Shown piece after piece: positions 16,320-19,236 of a stretch of DNA of 19,236 nt. The DNA comes from Myxococcota bacterium. Lineage in GTDB: Bacteria > Myxococcota_A > UBA796 > GCA-2862545. The stretch covers positions 1 to 19,236 of the forward strand of contig JBCCQY010000176.1 of NCBI GenBank assembly GCA_039208735.1, in the 5' to 3' direction. Under the pieces are notes generated by a model. That model saw only the letters and a program-made list of their open reading frames with translations, had not been told where the DNA came from and made no database searches. The position numbers and the translations under genes were made by a program. Position 1 is the first letter of the stretch. Each line of letters begins with the position of its first letter.

Positions 16320-18773
16320 TCATCTCGCGACGTGCAACGTGCTGTCCGGCGGTCGGTCCGACGACCGCGCAAACCGCTCGTGCAGCTCGGTGATGGCCTG
16401 CGTCACCGCAGCGGAGGACGCCCTCGCCCATCGAATCGTGTACCGCAGGGTTTGGGGGTGTCGCGCCACAGGACGTGGATAGGGCCGGAGCCGCATCTGC
16501 GAGGAACCTCCTTCGGCCATCGTCGTGAGCACGTGTGCGATGCGACCGCGAAGCCATCCCGACAGGGCCTCGGGATCGGGGCCTCCAAGATCGATCTGCA
16601 GCTTGGGTCCCTCGTCAGGCCATGCGCTTTCGAAGGCCTCAGCCCACTCGCGGTCCCAGGCGAGCAACAAGGCACGCTCGAGTTCGTCGACCAACGTTCG
16701 GGCCACGGCGGGGAGCATCACGAAGCGAACCCCAGCCAGGGCCGGCTCGGCCCCCGAACTCAGCTGCGTCGCGACCTCGCGTAGCCGTTCGAGCGATGCG
16801 ATGAGCCAGGGTTCGAGGTCACGTTCGCCGACGTCCGCGACGATCTGCGCCAAGGCGAGTCCGGGAATGAACCCCCACGCCGGATCGTGGCATTGACGAG
16901 CGACCAATAGCCCTTTCAAGGCGCGAAGCACCAACGCCGCACGGGCACTTCGCAAGCGGGTGGCCAGCGGCTGCCAGATGGCTTCCGGTCCCGGTTGAGA
17001 AGGAGGGACCACGGTCACTTCGACGCATCGCGGAAGCGGCGGCGTCCCTAGCATGGCGATGAATCGAGTCACCTCGACGGTGCTGGTCGTGGTGGTGGCC
17101 TGAAACTCCCGGCAGAGGACGCGGTGCGTGGCCGCGATGTCAGGGTGGCGTACGACGATATCGACGTCGCCTTCGGGCAACATGCCGCCTAGGCAGGCCG
17201 AGCCGATCAGATGGGCGGGGGCGGAAGCGGCCGCGGCGACTTGGGCCACGAGCGGGGCCAGGTCCTCGTTGGGGCTGAGCGACAGCCCTTGCACATCCAG
17301 CACCTCCTCGAGACGTTGGGCCGAGGGGGGTGCGGTGACGTCCCGCATGGGCCCGCCATTCGCCCGAGACCAGTGGGCGAGGCGCGTCACCGGAATGCGA
17401 AGGGGCAGCTGCGCGCGTACCGCGCGATCCAACGCGGTTCGAATGGCTGGATCCGCACTTTGACCCAGGGTGACGTGCGGCAGGCCATCGGAGGCTTCGC
17501 CCAACGCGTCCCGAAGGTCCTGGATCTTGGCGTCGCCGGCTTCGTCGAGGCGGGCCACGACTCGAGTGGGGGGCCCCGCGAAGGTCAGGGTGTGTGTCAG
17601 GGTGATGAACCCGTTCAGCGGCGGCGCGATGGGGGTCGTGGGATGTTTCGCCACCGTCAGATGCGGGGGCCAACGAAACCGTCCCGGATCAAAGCGCCGC
17701 CGAAGTGGCTCGAGCACACGGGCCGCCTCCGGGGGAAACGGCAGCACCCACGCCTCAGCCTGGACGGGGCGACGGGCCAGACGGACCGTGGCCAAGAGCC
17801 CATGATGGTCGGACAGGGGAAGTTCGGCGTGGTCAACGGCGACAAGCTCGATCGCATCGACCTGGAACCCGCGGATAAAGATGCGGTCGAGCCGTCTGCG
17901 AGCGCCCGTCTGACTCCGCCAGCGAGCGAGCGCATTGCGGGTAGGATCCCAGGTGTATCCTGGATCATCGGGATGTCGTAGTTGCCACGCGTCGTCCAGA
18001 GGAAGGTCGACCGGCCCATCCTGATTCAGGTCACCCAGCACCAACGCAGGTCCAAGACCGAGACGTGGGCGCAATGCATCGAGCTGTCGCGCCCGGCGGT
18101 CCGGGGCGTCCGCATGGCGGTCGGAGGACAAGTGCACCACCGCAACCGTCGTTCGTCCCGAAGGGAACGCGACCGAGGCGAGCACGTGCCGCTTGTGGCC
18201 CCCTTGCGGGAGGATCTGGACGCCGAGCAGCGGCGCCTTGGTCATCAGGATCTGGCCATAGGGGTCACAGGTCGTGCCCGAGCCATCGTCCGTCAGGTGG
18301 TAGTCCCCTCCAAAGGCCTCGACGAGCCGTGCGCACAGCCAAGGTTCCACCTCTTGGAGCGCAACGAGGTCGGCGTTGCATTCGCGGATCAACGCCAATA
18401 ACCGGGGGGTGCGTTCGCTCGTGCGCACCACTTCAGGATCGTACCGATCGAACAAGACGTTCAGGGTGAGCAGACGCAGCCCGCCCTCTGTGGAGGATGC
18501 TGCGCTAGGGGGGCTGACAAGCCGTGCGCCAGGCGTGGACCCGCTGCCAAACACCCGATCGACCCGGCGTTCACGATCCCACACGGTGGTTCCGGCCAAC
18601 CGAAACGCCTGCACCCTCGACCATGGGATGTCGCCATTTGGGTCGAAGGCGACAAACGGGATGGCGACCGCACCTTTGCGGCGGTCGTGGACAACGACCT
18701 CAGCGGTGGTTTCGTCGATGGACGGATCCCACCGCAGTCGGTGGTAGACCTCGTGTGCGGGGCGAAGCCCCAT
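16320..18773 (-). CDS. Multidomain putative RNA repair/tailing protein: MJ1316 (DUF504) + EEP (TDP2-like) + 2H phosphoesterase + poly(A)-polymerase-like nucleotidyltransferase
   Basis: MJ1316-like [10 protein letters not shown]...HDR...DIPWSRV...VWDRERRVD (~18770-18545). EEP motifs LLTLNV, LVALQEV, VHLSS, VLGDLN, GYTWDP, RLDRIF, SDHHGL (~18480-17780). 2H motifs PPHLTV and PHVTLG (~17755-17335). NTase IGSACLG...GDVDIV and PAP-central-like [11 protein letters not shown]...GFIPGLALA (~17320-16320). ATG 18773 has an AGGAGG RBS. Confidence 0.82.
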   Translation of the reverse strand: MGLRPAHEVYHRLRWDPSIDETTAEVVVHDRRKGAVAIPFVAFDPNGDIPWSRVQAFRLAGTTVWDRERRVDRVFGSGSTPGARLVSPPSAASSTEGGLRLLTLNVLFDRYDPEVVRTSERTPRLLALIRECNADLVALQEVEPWLCARLVEAFGGDYHLTDDGSGTTCDPYGQILMTKAPLLGVQILPQGGHKRHVLASVAFPSGRTTVAVVHLSSDRHADAPDRRARQLDALRPRLGLGPALVLGDLNQDGPVDLPLDDAWQLRHPDDPGYTWDPTRNALARWRSQTGARRRLDRIFIRGFQVDAIELVAVDHAELPLSDHHGLLATVRLARRPVQAEAWVLPFPPEAARVLEPLRRRFDPGRFRWPPHLTVAKHPTTPIAPPLNGFITLTHTLTFAGPPTRVVARLDEAGDAKIQDLRDALGEASDGLPHVTLGQSADPAIRTALDRAVRAQLPLRIPVTRLAHWSRANGGPMRDVTAPPSAQRLEEVLDVQGLSLSPNEDLAPLVAQVAAAASAPAHLIGSACLGGMLPEGDVDIVVRHPDIAATHRVLCREFQATTTTSTVEVTRFIAMLGTPPLPRCVEVTVVPPSQPGPEAIWQPLATRLRSARAALVLRALKGLLVARQCHDPAWGFIPGLALAQIVADVGERDLEPWLIASLERLREVATQLSSGAEPALAGVRFVMLPAVARTLVDELERALLLAWDREWAEAFESAWPDEGPKLQIDLGGPDPEALSGWLRGRIAHVLTTMAEGGSSQMRLRPYPRPVARHPQTLRYTIRWARASSAAVTQAITELHERFARSSDRPPDSTLHVAR

Positions 18774-18789
18774 GGCGGTCCTCCTGAAC

Positions 18790-19014
18790 CTACGGGAACT
18801 CAGCGACTTCGACGAGGTGACCGAGGCTTGCATAGTGCAAGGCGAGCTGTCGAATGAAATCGGGGGACCCGGGCTGTGCCTGGCGACGTTTGCCCTCCCA
18901 AAGCACCACGAACCCTCCGTGGACGACCTTCTCCATGGCCTGTCGGATCACGGCCGGTTCCCCGAAGTCCAGCACGACGGTGCTGCCGTCATGCTCAAGG
19001 ATTCGGGCAAGCAA
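18790..19014 (-). CDS. Small hypothetical protein, copy lacking its first 13 codons (left copy; reconstructed length 87 aa)
   Basis: The ORF LLARILEHDGSTVVLDFGEPAVIRQAMEKVVHGGFVVLWEGK...EVAEFP* ends 16 nt before the RNA-repair gene ATG. The identical coding sequence, with an RBS and ATG, is on the + strand from 19092. Confidence 0.6.
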   Translation of the reverse strand: MLARILEHDGSTVVLDFGEPAVIRQAMEKVVHGGFVVLWEGKRRQAQPGSPDFIRQLALHYASLGHLVEVAEFP

Positions 19015-19236
19015 GGTCGCTCCTGGGCTGCATGTCCCGACACTCTATTCGAAGCGATCGGGTTTACGACCGTAAGAATCCAGGACTCACCATGATTCGG
19101 CTCACCATCCGCAACGCCCGGAACGCGCAATTGCTTGCCCGAATCCTTGAGCATGACGGCAGCACCGTCGTGCTGGACTTCGGGGAACCGGCCGTGATCC
19201 GACAGGCCATGGAGAAGGTCGTCCACGGAGGGTTCG
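18909..19236. repeat. Perfect inverted repeat, arms 18909-19014 and 19131-19236 (106 bp, right arm cut by window end), 116-bp spacer
   Basis: The reverse complement of 19131-19236 matches 18909-19014 base for base (CGAACCCTCCGTGGACGACC...GGATTCGGGCAAGCAA). Confidence 0.97.
19092..19236 (+). CDS. Small hypothetical protein, 5' part (right, inverted copy; runs off the window)
   Basis: CAGGACTCACC-ATG, then MIRLTIRNARNAQLLARILEHDGSTVVLDFGEPAVIRQAMEKVVHGGF with no stop before the window end. Confidence 0.6.
   Translation, partial: MIRLTIRNARNAQLLARILEHDGSTVVLDFGEPAVIRQAMEKVVHGGF

Noticed and set aside
16320..17320. Nucleotidyltransferase as a CBASS CD-NTase or MNT antitoxin
   Set aside because: The downstream helical region resembles the PAP central domain, and no Cap effector or HEPN gene is adjacent; not fully excluded without structural comparison.
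19045..19080. ECF-sigma-like promoter (GAAG...CGTA) in the repeat spacer
   Set aside because: The -35 match is poor and the spacing marginal; it cannot be supported from sequence alone.
18772..19226. ORFs 18772-19095(+) and 18948-19226(-) sharing the peptide DDLLHGLSDHGRFPEVQHDG
   Set aside because: These are antisense readings produced by the inverted repeat; the RBS-supported frame is MIRLTIRN...LLARILEHDG.
18909..19236. Inverted repeat as IS/MITE ends or a CRISPR array
   Set aside because: The arms are protein-coding sequence, with no transposase, no visible target duplication and no repeat-spacer periodicity.

Overview
A gene-dense, high-GC bacterial window. The Hanks-type kinase, short-signal vWA lipoprotein and TPR-SLT suggest Myxococcota or a similar deltaproteobacterium (inference). 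In order it holds: the 3' part of a 67K-type sppA; a minus-strand pair encoding a gluzincin/beta-propeller/Omp85-barrel protein and a TPR lytic transglycosylase; a Ski2/HelY-like helicase coupled to phoU; phoB-phoR plus a vWA lipoprotein; a membrane Ser/Thr kinase coupled to a LysR regulator; a lone crtI; and a four-domain putative RNA end-healing/tailing protein (MJ1316/DUF504 + EEP + 2H phosphoesterase + poly(A)-polymerase-like NTase) preceded by a small unknown ORF. The window ends in a perfect inverted repeat of at least 106 bp, whose 116-bp spacer carries the RBS and first 13 codons of that small ORF. This is most likely a fold-back/amplification or assembly artefact, but could be an invertible switch. 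No rRNA, tRNA, CRISPR array or transposase was recognised. All product calls come from motif recognition, not database searches.
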